Numbered from the stretch's first letter, positions 46,644 to 55,852 are shown. The stretch: DNA of 64,000 bases from Gemmatimonadota bacterium (GCA_039589615.1 JBDHHA010000001.1:63435-127434), one strand, 5' to 3'. The notes: generated by a model from the letters alone, not told the origin. Translations and numbers: made by a program.

Positions 46644-48086
46644 ATGGTTCACCACGCCCGTCTGTCCACACCGTCCCTCATGGTACTGCTCAGCGTCGCC
46701 GTGGTCGTTTCCGGGCAAGCTCAGGGCCGTGGCCCGACGACCGGTTTCGAGGTCGGGCAACCCTTCCCGGGGCTCGCCCTTCCTCGACTCGACGACGGCC
46801 GCACCGCCTCGCTGGCGGACTTCCGCGGCAAGAAACTCCTGCTCCACGTGTTCGCCTCCTGGTGAGCGGGCTGCCGAGTGCACGTGCCCGGGTGGCACGA
46901 CGCGACCAAAGACCTGCAGGCGTCCGGTGACCTGCAAATGGTGGGGATCATCCAGGAGCAGCATCCCGACCGGGCTCGGCTCTTCATGCAGTGGAAGGAG
47001 ATGGGTTGGCCGATTCTGGTTGACGCCTACAACCTTCTCGAGGTGCCGGTCGTCCCGATCACGCTGGCGATCGACGAGCACGGAGTGATCCGTCAGATCA
47101 ATCCTCGGCGAGGTGACGTCGATCGGCTTCAGGAGACTTTCCTCTCGCAAACCTTCGATCCGCCCCCGGGGGGCGCGGATGACCTACCGCGTGCTCCGAA
47201 CCTGGACGCCCTGCGGCCGCCGGCTGGGTCCGGCAGCGCCGGAGCGTGGATGGCGTACGGGGATGCCCTCGCCGTGTGGGGAGGCCCCGACCGCCGCGAC
47301 GACGCCATTGCCGCGTACGAGTCCGCGGTTCGCCCCAATGCGGAAAACGCACTGGGTCACTTCCGTTTGGGGGTTGCCCACCGGATGCGCTATGACTCGG
47401 ACGCGCGACGGGATGGAGACTTCACCAAGGCCGTCGAGCACTGGATGATGGCCCTCGACATCGATCCCAACCAATACATCTTCCGCCGGCGCATACAGCA
47501 GTACGGTCCCCGATTGGACAAGCCGTACCCGTTCTACGATTGGGTGGTCACGGCGCGGGCCGAGATCGAGGCACGGGGCGAGGCGCCGTCTCCCCTCGTG
47601 GTGGAGCCCCGGGGGGCGGAGTTCGCGCGGCCCGCCGAGGCATTCGTCGCCTCCGAGAAGCCCGAGGACGAGCCCGATCCCCGGGGACGGGTCCTGCGAG
47701 ATGAAGGGCAGTTCATAACCATCGAGACCACCACGGTCCCCCCGGCCGTCGAGCCAGGCGCGACCGCCCGCTTCCACATCGTGTTCCGCCCCGTGGAGGA
47801 GAACGAATCTCACTGGAACAACGAGGCTGAGGACCTCGCCTTCTGGATAGACCCTCCGGCAGGGTGGGAGGTGGAGCACCGTTATCTAACCGTCAGCATT
47901 CCCCCCGAGCCGGTGAGCCGGGAAACCCGCGTTCTCGAGGTGGAGGTCCAGGCACCCGAGCGCACCCGTGCCCGCCGCGTGAACATCCCCGCGTACGCGT
48001 TGTATTACGTGTGTGAAGACGTAAACGGGGTGTGCATGTACCGACGGCAAGACGTCGAGCTCCAGATCGCAGTCAAAAGGCAGTAG
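46644..48086 (+). CDS. Secreted thioredoxin-fold (TlpA/redoxin-like) protein with probable selenocysteine (UAGC active site), TPR-like and C-terminal beta-rich domains
   Basis: ORFs 46608-46865 and 46878-48086 share one frame, separated only by TGA 46863-46865. The context LLHVFASW-TGA-AGCRVHVPGW matches the WCxxC redoxin active site. AGGGAG lies 6 nt before ATG 46644, and a signal peptide is present. Confidence 0.65.
46879..46904 (+). promoter_or_regulatory. Candidate bacterial SECIS-like hairpin downstream of the in-frame UGA
   Basis: UGC-A-CGUGCC-CGGGU-GGCACG-AC-GCG. A 6-bp GC-rich upper stem (46883-46888 pairing 46894-46899) carries a G-rich 5-nt loop, with a 3-bp lower stem. It starts 13 nt after the UGA. 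Confidence 0.45.
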
Positions 48087-48247
48087 CTCCCGTCGGTCCT
48101 GAAACGTTCTGAAACCAATGCCCCCACGGTTACGTGATGAGCTGTGGGGGTCTTCACGTCCAGGAAGCAACGCCCCGTGGTCGCAGTCGGATCCTGACGG
48201 ACGTCACGCGCGATCGTCGGGACGCAAGTGGGCAGGAGCCGCGGGAC

Positions 48248-50389
48248 ATGGTTATAGCGCTCGATACGCAGCGTCTCAAAGCAGGTCTTGCCGACCGATA
48301 CCTCATTGGTCGCCGTATCGGCACCGGTGGGATGGCCGTGGTGTATCTCGCGCAGGATCTCCGACACGACCGCAACGTCGCGATAAAGGTGCTCCGCCCC
48401 GAGGTGTCGGGGGCCGTTGGCGCCGAGCGTTTTCTCCGCGAAATCCAGATCGTCGCACAACTCCAGCACCCCAATATTCTCACCCTCCACGATTCGGGAG
48501 AGGTGGACGGCTGGCTCTACTACGTCATGCCGTACGTGGATGGCGAGTCGTTGCGTGGTCGGCTCAACCGCGAAAAACAGCTCCCTATCGTCGAGGCCGT
48601 GCGGATCACCCAAGAGGTAGCCGACGCCCTCGACTCTGCACACCGCCACGGTGTGGTGCACCGAGACATCAAGCCGGAGAACATCTTGCTCGAGGAGGGC
48701 CACGCCGTCGTTGCCGATTTCGGCATCGCCTCTGCCGTGACGGCGGCATCCGGCGAGCACGTCACCGAGGAGGATGTTGCCCTGGGCACGGCGGCGTACA
48801 TGAGTCCGGAGCAGGGCAGCGGAAGCCAACTCGACGCCCGGAGTGACCTCTATTCGCTGGGGTGCGTGTCCTACGAGATGTTGACGGGACAGCCACCGTT
48901 CGTCGGGTCGGATCCCCGGGCGATCATCGCGCGGCACATGGTCGATCCCGCTCCGCCAATGACGACGGTGCGCCCCGACGTTCCCACGGCCGTCACCACC
49001 GCCGTCATGAAGGCGTTGAGCAAGGAAGCCGCCGACCGCTTCGCGACCCTCAGGGAGTTCAGCGACGCGCTGGAAGAGAGCGGCCTCGTGAGGCAGCCGG
49101 CCGCCGCCAAATCGATCGCGGTGCTTCCCTTTGCCAACATGAGTCCCGATCCCGAGGACGGCTTCCTCGCTGATGGGATCACCGAAGAGATCATCAACGC
49201 ATTGACGAAGATCGATGGGCTGCGGGTTGCCGCGCGTACCTCGGCCTTTGCGTTCAAGGACAAAAACGCAGACGTCCGCGCAATCGGCGGACACCTCAGC
49301 GTGCGTTCCGTACTGGAGGGCAGCGTGCGGAAGGCAGGGAATCGGATCAGGATCACGGCGCAGCTCGTCGATGTCGCCGATGGTTATCATCTCTGGTCCG
49401 AGCGGTACGATCGTGACCTCGAAGATGTCTTTGCGATTCAGGATGAGATCGCGGAGAACATCATGCGGTCGCTCGAGGTGATTCTGGGCGAGGACAAGAC
49501 GGTCGATAAGGCCCCCACCGTCGATGTCAAAGCGTACGAGTATTACCTACGAGGTCGCCAGTTCTTCCATCAGACTCGGAAGAAGCGCCTCAGGTTTGCC
49601 CGAGAGATGTTCACGAAGGCCATCGAGATCGATCCCGAGTATGCGCTTGCCCACGCGGGTGTCGCGGATTGCTGTTCGCTGCTCAACATGCACTACCCGT
49701 CCACTGAGAATGATCTCGAACAAGCAGACTCCGCGAGCCGGAAGGCGCTGGAGTTGGCGCCCGACCTCGCCGAAGCCCATGCGGCCCGGGGATTTGCGTT
49801 GTGGCAGATGCGATCCGTGGACGAGGCTATTATGGAGTTCGAGACGGCGATCCGGTTGGATCCCAAGCAATTCGAAGCCCACTACTTCTACGCCCGAGCC
49901 CGCTTCGAGCAGGGTGAGCTCGGGAAGGCCGCCGAGCTTTTCGAGCGTGCGTCCCAAGTGCAAGAGGATTACCAGGCCAGCTTCTTCGCGGCGCAGTCGT
50001 ACGTGGGGCTCGGACGCGATGGTGATGCGCAGGCGGCCTATCGGAAGGCGCTGCAGGTCGCCCAGGAGCATTTGGAGCTCAATCCGGATGATCCCCGGGC
50101 GGCTACGATGTGCGCCGTGGCCGCGTGCCGGGTGGGCCAGAAGGCCGAGGGGCTCGAGTGGGCCGAGCGCGCATTGGCCATCGATCCCGACGACGGAGGT
50201 GTGCGCTACAACGTGGCGTGTCTCTATGCGCTCGAGGGGGAACCGGAAAAGGCCATCACGTGCTTGGAGGATGCCCTCCGCCGAGGGTTCGCCAACAAGG
50301 ATTGGATTGCACAGGACCCGGACCTCGAGTCGATTCGTGACGACGCGCGCTTCCAGGCGCTCATTGCAGCGGTCCCCGATCGAACCTGA
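48248..50389 (+). CDS. Ser/Thr protein kinase with central TolB-N-like/periplasmic-type module and C-terminal TPR repeats
   Basis: GTGGMAVVY...AIKVL, HRDIKPENILL, DFGIA and SPEQ, then SIAVLPFANMS...ITAQLVD, then several TPR-like repeats. ATG 48248. Confidence 0.85.
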   Translation: MVIALDTQRLKAGLADRYLIGRRIGTGGMAVVYLAQDLRHDRNVAIKVLRPEVSGAVGAERFLREIQIVAQLQHPNILTLHDSGEVDGWLYYVMPYVDGESLRGRLNREKQLPIVEAVRITQEVADALDSAHRHGVVHRDIKPENILLEEGHAVVADFGIASAVTAASGEHVTEEDVALGTAAYMSPEQGSGSQLDARSDLYSLGCVSYEMLTGQPPFVGSDPRAIIARHMVDPAPPMTTVRPDVPTAVTTAVMKALSKEAADRFATLREFSDALEESGLVRQPAAAKSIAVLPFANMSPDPEDGFLADGITEEIINALTKIDGLRVAARTSAFAFKDKNADVRAIGGHLSVRSVLEGSVRKAGNRIRITAQLVDVADGYHLWSERYDRDLEDVFAIQDEIAENIMRSLEVILGEDKTVDKAPTVDVKAYEYYLRGRQFFHQTRKKRLRFAREMFTKAIEIDPEYALAHAGVADCCSLLNMHYPSTENDLEQADSASRKALELAPDLAEAHAARGFALWQMRSVDEAIMEFETAIRLDPKQFEAHYFYARARFEQGELGKAAELFERASQVQEDYQASFFAAQSYVGLGRDGDAQAAYRKALQVAQEHLELNPDDPRAATMCAVAACRVGQKAEGLEWAERALAIDPDDGGVRYNVACLYALEGEPEKAITCLEDALRRGFANKDWIAQDPDLESIRDDARFQALIAAVPDRT

Positions 50390-50486
50390 GAGCGCCTCAG
50401 GCCCGGGCTCGCGCACAGCCCCCATTCTCCCCATCTTAGACACCGAGCAGTTGCTGGAGAGACCCGCATCTTCGGGAGGCCCGGCC

Positions 50487-50909
50487 ATGGCCGATGGTGC
50501 ACCACGCGCCCAGCTCAAGAGCGTCGACCTGGAGCGTCTCGACGGCGGAGAGTGCCTGGTGCGGGTCGAGATGGTGCGCCACCTCAGTTCCTTGCTCCAT
50601 CAGACCTTTGTCGGCAAGGCCGAGGGAGCTTGCACACCGTCGGAGGAGATGCGGTGTGCGGCGGAGGCCACCTTAAAGGCCCTGGAGCGGGCCTATGGTG
50701 CGACCACCGGGACGTTCTCATTTCAGGGGGTCAAGACGGTCGAATCCTTCGACCGTCTCGCCGTCCTCGTGGCGGTGGGGACCAGCCACGCCGGCAAGCC
50801 TTTCCGGCTCGTGGGCTTCTGCGAGGTCGTCCAGCAGCTGCGGGAGGCCGCAGCGAAAGCAACCTGCAACGCTCTGAACCGATTCCTCAGCATGGCCTAC
50901 GGCGGCTGA
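50487..50909 (+). CDS. Hypothetical protein (140 aa)
   Basis: GGGAGG lies 7 nt upstream of ATG 50487. This is the only part of track ORF 49524-50909 that does not overlap the kinase gene. No family recognised. Confidence 0.45.
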   Translation: MADGAPRAQLKSVDLERLDGGECLVRVEMVRHLSSLLHQTFVGKAEGACTPSEEMRCAAEATLKALERAYGATTGTFSFQGVKTVESFDRLAVLVAVGTSHAGKPFRLVGFCEVVQQLREAAAKATCNALNRFLSMAYGG

Positions 50910-50912
50910 GAC

Positions 50913-53069
50913 CTACCCCTCTCCAAGGGCCTCGCTGATCCGCTCCGGTGTCATGGGCAGCTCGTACAAACGCACTCCCACGGCGTCGTGAATGGCATTT
51001 GCGATGACCGCTCCCATCGTGGCGATGGGCGGCTCGCCGCCTCCGGAGGGGGGCAACTCCGTGTTTTCTACCAAGACGGTCTCGATGGTGGGCAGCCATG
51101 AGAACTTGGGGATCTCGTACGTGTCAAAGTTCTCACTCAACACCCGCCGTCCGTCGAACCGAACCTGCTCGCTGAGCGCAAACCCCAGTCCCATGGTGAT
51201 GCAACCCTCCATCTGGAGCGTCGCGCCTTCCGGATTGATGATCTCACCCATGTCTTGCGCGCACACCACCCGGAGGACCTGGACCGTCCCCTCGGCGCGA
51301 TCAACGCTCACCTCGACCATGGTCGCCACGTACGTACCGGCGTAGTCTGCACACGCCACACCGTAGCCGCTGCCGCTGGGGGCTGGTTCCAACCGCCGCC
51401 CGAACTTCTCCGCGGCGGCCTCGAGAACGCGGCGCATCCTGTCGTTCTGGAGGTTCTGCAATCGGAATGTCATGGGATCCATTCCTGCCGCAGCGGCCAT
51501 GATGTCGATCTGGGATTCGACGGCGAAGACGTTGGTGTGGGCTCCGGGCCCGCGCCACGCGCCTACCGCGAAGGGATGCGCCTGATTCGACCCACCGCCC
51601 CGGCCGCCCCAACTGCCCCGAGCCACCACCTGGTGGTGGGGGATGGCGTAGAACAGTTCCGCCCCGCGGGACCCGGCAAAGAGGGTCTCGTAGTCCCATA
51701 AGACCACCCTTCCCGCCTCATCCACCCCGGAACGCACGTTGATGATGGAAGCCGGCTGGAAGGCGTCGTAGAAGAACTCCTCTTTTCGACTCCAGGCCAC
51801 CTGGACGGGTCGCCCCGCCTGCTTTGCCAGGCGGGCTGCTTCGACCGCGTGTTGGGGGTTCGTCTTTCCCCCGAAACCGCCGCCCACGAACGGGGTGATT
51901 ACCCGCACGTTGGCGGACGGGATGCCCAACGCCTGGCTCACGGGACCCCCGAGCCAAAACGGGGCTTGTGTGGCAGCCCAGACGGTGGCCCGGTCTCCTT
52001 CCACCTGGGCCACGGCGGTGTGGGGTTCCATGGGGGCATGCGCGAGATACGGTTCGCGATACGTGTGGTCGAACGTCTGCGTCGCGAGACGTTCTCCGTC
52101 GTCGAGATTCCCCGCCGACGCCACGGGTTGCGGAGGCGGCGCCGCCTCCACTAGATGGTCGAAGATGGTCTCGTCGTTCACCGTGGCGTTGGGTACTGAC
52201 CACCGTGCCTCGAAAAGCGCCAGGGCCCGATCTGCCACATCGGGGTACTCGTGCAAGACCGCAACGAGATCGCCGTCCCGCACCACCTGCGCGCCGTCCA
52301 CCGCCTCGGCGGCAGAGGTCTCGAGGTGCTCGAGGGCCGCGTCGTGCGTCGGCGGCCGCAGGATGCGCGCGTACAACATGCCGGGAAGCTGCACGTCGCC
52401 GGTGTACTGCGCCGTTCCGGTGACCTTTGGCACCGAATCGGTGCGGGAGGTCGCCGTTCCGCATAAGCGCCGCTGGCCGGCATCTTTAGGGGAAGCCGTC
52501 CCCTCGAGGCGCCGCTCGATGCGCCGCCCCTGCGCGAGTTCCGCGTAGGAGACACTGTTGCTCCTCGCGCCACGCTGAAAGACCACTCCGTCTTCCACCG
52601 CTAGCTGGTCCGACGATACTCCCAACCGCTCTCCGGCGAGCTGCAGCAGCACCGCTCGTGCCTCGGCTCCGGCGCCCCGCAGGGCGGGTCCAAACGTCCT
52701 TATGCTCAACGAACCCACCGTTGCCATGTCTGATGGACACACGAGCGTGTCGCCCATGACCATGTCGATGGAATCCAGCGCAACGTCCAATTCGTCGCCC
52801 AACATTTGGGCCAGGGCGGTGTAGATCCCCTGTCCCATCTCGATCTTCCCCGAGAACAACGACACCCGGCCGTCGTCGCCGATCCGCAGGAACGCGTTGA
52901 AATCATCGGGATACGTCCCAAACTGCCGGGGCTGGGCAGACGACGACTGCGCGACGTGGAACAGGACGAAGATGCCGCCGCCCAGCAGCTTGACCATCTC
53001 CCGCCGGTCGAGGGTGGTATCTTCCATACCCCACTCGCGCTCGACGGCAGTGTAGTTGATGTTGCTCAT
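50913..53069 (-). CDS. Xanthine-dehydrogenase-family molybdopterin-binding subunit (IorB/aldehyde-oxidoreductase large-subunit type)
   Basis: ATG 53069 overlaps the upstream stop (ATGA). 718 aa. A Tat-like N-terminus (DRREMVKLLGGG), GKIEMGQGIYTAL and FGGK motifs. Confidence 0.85.
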   Translation of the reverse strand: MSNINYTAVEREWGMEDTTLDRREMVKLLGGGIFVLFHVAQSSSAQPRQFGTYPDDFNAFLRIGDDGRVSLFSGKIEMGQGIYTALAQMLGDELDVALDSIDMVMGDTLVCPSDMATVGSLSIRTFGPALRGAGAEARAVLLQLAGERLGVSSDQLAVEDGVVFQRGARSNSVSYAELAQGRRIERRLEGTASPKDAGQRRLCGTATSRTDSVPKVTGTAQYTGDVQLPGMLYARILRPPTHDAALEHLETSAAEAVDGAQVVRDGDLVAVLHEYPDVADRALALFEARWSVPNATVNDETIFDHLVEAAPPPQPVASAGNLDDGERLATQTFDHTYREPYLAHAPMEPHTAVAQVEGDRATVWAATQAPFWLGGPVSQALGIPSANVRVITPFVGGGFGGKTNPQHAVEAARLAKQAGRPVQVAWSRKEEFFYDAFQPASIINVRSGVDEAGRVVLWDYETLFAGSRGAELFYAIPHHQVVARGSWGGRGGGSNQAHPFAVGAWRGPGAHTNVFAVESQIDIMAAAAGMDPMTFRLQNLQNDRMRRVLEAAAEKFGRRLEPAPSGSGYGVACADYAGTYVATMVEVSVDRAEGTVQVLRVVCAQDMGEIINPEGATLQMEGCITMGLGFALSEQVRFDGRRVLSENFDTYEIPKFSWLPTIETVLVENTELPPSGGGEPPIATMGAVIANAIHDAVGVRLYELPMTPERISEALGEG

Positions 53070-53545
53070 GGCCGCGCTCCTTCCATCATGTCGGCGGCCG
53101 CTTGGATGGCGCGTACCACGCGGTTGTGACTGCCGCAGCGACAGAGATTGCCGTCCATGCCGGCGAGGATCTCCTCCCGAGACGGAGCGGCGTTCTTCGC
53201 GAGCAGGCTGTACGCGCTCATGACCATGCCGGACGTGCAATAGCCACATTGCAGCGCGTCGTGATCGACGAATGCCTGTTGCAGCGGATGGAGATCACCG
53301 TTTCGGGCCAGGCCCTCGATGGTCACCACCTCCTTGCCTGCCACGAGTCGCATGGGATACATGCACGACCGGACGGCCTCACCATTCACCAAGACCGTGC
53401 ACGCACCGCACAGGGCTTGGCCGCACCCGTACTTCGTGCCGGTCAACGCGGCATCGGTGCGAAGCGCCCACAGCAACATGCGGGTGGGGTCGACGGTGAG
53501 GTTGGTGGGACGGCCGTTCAGCTGGAACTGAATGGGTTGCTTCAT
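53066..53545 (-). CDS. (2Fe-2S)-binding small subunit of molybdopterin oxidoreductase
   Basis: 159 aa. CGQALCGACTV and CGYCTSGM...CRCGSH are the two canonical 2Fe-2S motifs. GGAGGG lies upstream of ATG 53545. Confidence 0.85.
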   Translation of the reverse strand: MKQPIQFQLNGRPTNLTVDPTRMLLWALRTDAALTGTKYGCGQALCGACTVLVNGEAVRSCMYPMRLVAGKEVVTIEGLARNGDLHPLQQAFVDHDALQCGYCTSGMVMSAYSLLAKNAAPSREEILAGMDGNLCRCGSHNRVVRAIQAAADMMEGARP

Positions 53546-53639
53546 GGTCCCTCCGGGGAGGACAATGGCCGGTACCCACGAAGCGGCGTCGTTTCTAAGA
53601 GAAGGATGAAACGCGCCTGAAGAACGGGACACAAAAGTC

Positions 53640-55688
53640 CTATTGGCGCGGCGCTGCCCGTCGGCGGAGAGCGTCCAGGGGCGTCTCCAGAGCTTCCTCG
53701 AGTGCCGCCCGTCGGTCGATGGGGTAGGCTGCCTCGAGATCGGGCGACGGCATGACGCCGGCGGGGTAGTAGGCGATGTCCTGCCTCTTCTCCATGATGT
53801 GGCGCTTGGCGAGATCGAGGTCCCGTGCGTTCGCACCCCATGGCTCGTGCACCGTCCCGTCATCCCGTCGCTCGAGATCCCGCCACCACTTCTTGATGGG
53901 ATTGCGCTCGCCGTGGCGCACCAGGTCGTCCAATCGCACGAGCCAGCGGCGCGTGAAGGGGACGTGCACGGCGGCCCAGAGCAGGATCCGGTGCGTCAAC
54001 AGACCCTCGTTGGCAAACGGACACACCTTCATGCACCGGCCGCACGACGATCCCTTGGGGTTCGTCACGCGATAGCGGGTGCAACGCTCGACATCCGGCT
54101 TCCATATCTCGTAGCCGTTGAACATCACCTTGGACTTGTACGAGATGGCGTTGCAGGGACACTCCCGGGCGCACTTGCGACACTTGGTGCAAGTGTCCTG
54201 GAGGCCGAAGTCGATGGGACGATCCACGGCGAGAGGCATGTCTGTGGTGACCACGACGGACTTGGAACGGGGTCCAAGGAACGGATGTAGCACGAGTTCG
54301 CCGATGCGGCTCAGCTCGCCCAACCCTGCCCACAGCACGAGGGGAAGGTGTAGCACCTGGCTGTCCCGGTTGGTGTGAGCCCTGGCCCGGAGGCCAAGGC
54401 GCCGGATGTGCTCGGCAACCAATCCGGCGAGCTCCGCTCCCCGGAGGTAGGCGCGGAGGGATTGTGCGCCACTGATCCAATCGTCGCCGCTGGCTCCCTC
54501 CGATGTGTCGTGTCCCTGATCGATCAGGAGCACGATGGCGTAGCGGTGACGTGCGTCGATGGCGTTGCCGCCGCCGTCGTGGGAATACCATGCGTACGGC
54601 CTGGCTTCGCAGATGCCCACCGCGTCGCAACCCAAGAAATAAGACAAGGACTTCACCGCGCGGGCGTTTGCGACGGGGTCACCCAGATCTCCGGACGACA
54701 TCGGCGCCGGTTGGCCGTCCTGTAACGGAACCATGGCGGCAGTGAGCCGAGCCATGGCATACGCCAGGGGGTGCTTGGTCGCGAAGCGTTGCCGCTCCCG
54801 CTGGGCCTTTTCCCCCAGGTCGCCGTGGGCCGCGCGATCGAAGAAAGCCGCGCGCAGCGGAATGCGAGGCACCTCGTCCTCGAAGACCAGCGTGGTCGGC
54901 GTGTCACGACGACGGATCTTCTCCATGGGATACGATCCCAAGTGCGACTGCCGTCGCCCGAGTCGCCGGCACTCCCGTGCAGACCTCGTTCCGCCGAGGC
55001 CCAACCAGTAGACCAGGCGGCTCATCCCCCGGAGCGTCGCGCCGCCCACCACCAGCGGCCGATCCGGCGCCAGTGGGAGGGACGTGACAACGGTGGCAGT
55101 CGCGAACCGATCGCCGAGAAACGGTGCCACCGACCCACTCTCCTGTCGTTCCACCAATCCCGCAGACCACGCCAACGCGGCGAGGTCGACGTCGGACTTT
55201 CCCTGTGCGTGCACGTCGGCGGTGAACCCGAGTTGGCGAATGTAGCTCGCGACGACTGTGGCAATCCCGGCGCCGCGAAACGCAGCGCATGCGTCTGCCG
55301 CGCCCGCAATCCAAGTAGACGCGAGCGTGCCGGGTTCCGGTTCCCGGCCGTACTCGACCAGCAGAACGACGGCCCAGCGGTCGTCGTTTACCTGGCACAC
55401 TCCCACCAGCGATGCGTCGAAGAAGTAGCACGCGGCCTTGATCTCGCGCGTCGCCACGGCCGGGTCGTCCTGCAACGCCACGCGCTCGCCGCTCACCGGG
55501 ATGTTGTCACTTGCGAGAAACGTGTCGAGATAGGATTGCACGACGCCGGCGAATCCGGGCGCCGTTGATCGAGTCGGAGAGCGGCCCGCAGCCAGCGTGG
55601 CCGGGACCGGGTGGGCAATCCGCGGCAGCCGCTCCAGTGGAAACGGGCCCAGGTGCAGCGGCCGTTTGCGATTCGAGAAGAGCTTCAT
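53640..55688 (-). CDS. Reductive dehalogenase (RdhA) homologue, long cytoplasmic catabolic type
   Basis: 682 aa. C-terminal CTKCRKCARECP and C...CGRCMKVCP Fe-S motifs. Two tandem RdhA-like core segments. No Tat signal and no rdhB-like anchor nearby. Confidence 0.7.
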   Translation of the reverse strand: MKLFSNRKRPLHLGPFPLERLPRIAHPVPATLAAGRSPTRSTAPGFAGVVQSYLDTFLASDNIPVSGERVALQDDPAVATREIKAACYFFDASLVGVCQVNDDRWAVVLLVEYGREPEPGTLASTWIAGAADACAAFRGAGIATVVASYIRQLGFTADVHAQGKSDVDLAALAWSAGLVERQESGSVAPFLGDRFATATVVTSLPLAPDRPLVVGGATLRGMSRLVYWLGLGGTRSARECRRLGRRQSHLGSYPMEKIRRRDTPTTLVFEDEVPRIPLRAAFFDRAAHGDLGEKAQRERQRFATKHPLAYAMARLTAAMVPLQDGQPAPMSSGDLGDPVANARAVKSLSYFLGCDAVGICEARPYAWYSHDGGGNAIDARHRYAIVLLIDQGHDTSEGASGDDWISGAQSLRAYLRGAELAGLVAEHIRRLGLRARAHTNRDSQVLHLPLVLWAGLGELSRIGELVLHPFLGPRSKSVVVTTDMPLAVDRPIDFGLQDTCTKCRKCARECPCNAISYKSKVMFNGYEIWKPDVERCTRYRVTNPKGSSCGRCMKVCPFANEGLLTHRILLWAAVHVPFTRRWLVRLDDLVRHGERNPIKKWWRDLERRDDGTVHEPWGANARDLDLAKRHIMEKRQDIAYYPAGVMPSPDLEAAYPIDRRAALEEALETPLDALRRRAAPRQ

Positions 55689-55852
55689 GCTGTTATTGCC
55701 GTGAGTGCTCCGGGTTCGTTGACGGACGCGACCATCATGACGTCGACTTCCGGATAAGGGAAGGTGTCCAGGACTCGGTGCCCTAGCCGGCCCACGTCCT
55801 TCGGGTCACTATAGAAGGGACCTGTGCAAGTGGATCAGGACTCAGACGACTC

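Noticed and set aside
46608-48086. Interpretation as a nonsense-mutated pseudogene
   Set aside because: I considered this and judged it less likely than Sec recoding. The single stop is TGA, it falls exactly on the catalytic Cys column of WCxxC, the frame is otherwise intact for about 480 codons, and a suitably placed hairpin follows. It remains the formal alternative until sel genes or homologues are checked.
49524-50486. N-terminal 321 codons of track ORF 49524-50909
   Set aside because: It overlaps the Ser/Thr kinase gene out of frame. Only the part after ATG 50487, which has its own ribosome-binding site, was kept as a hypothetical gene.
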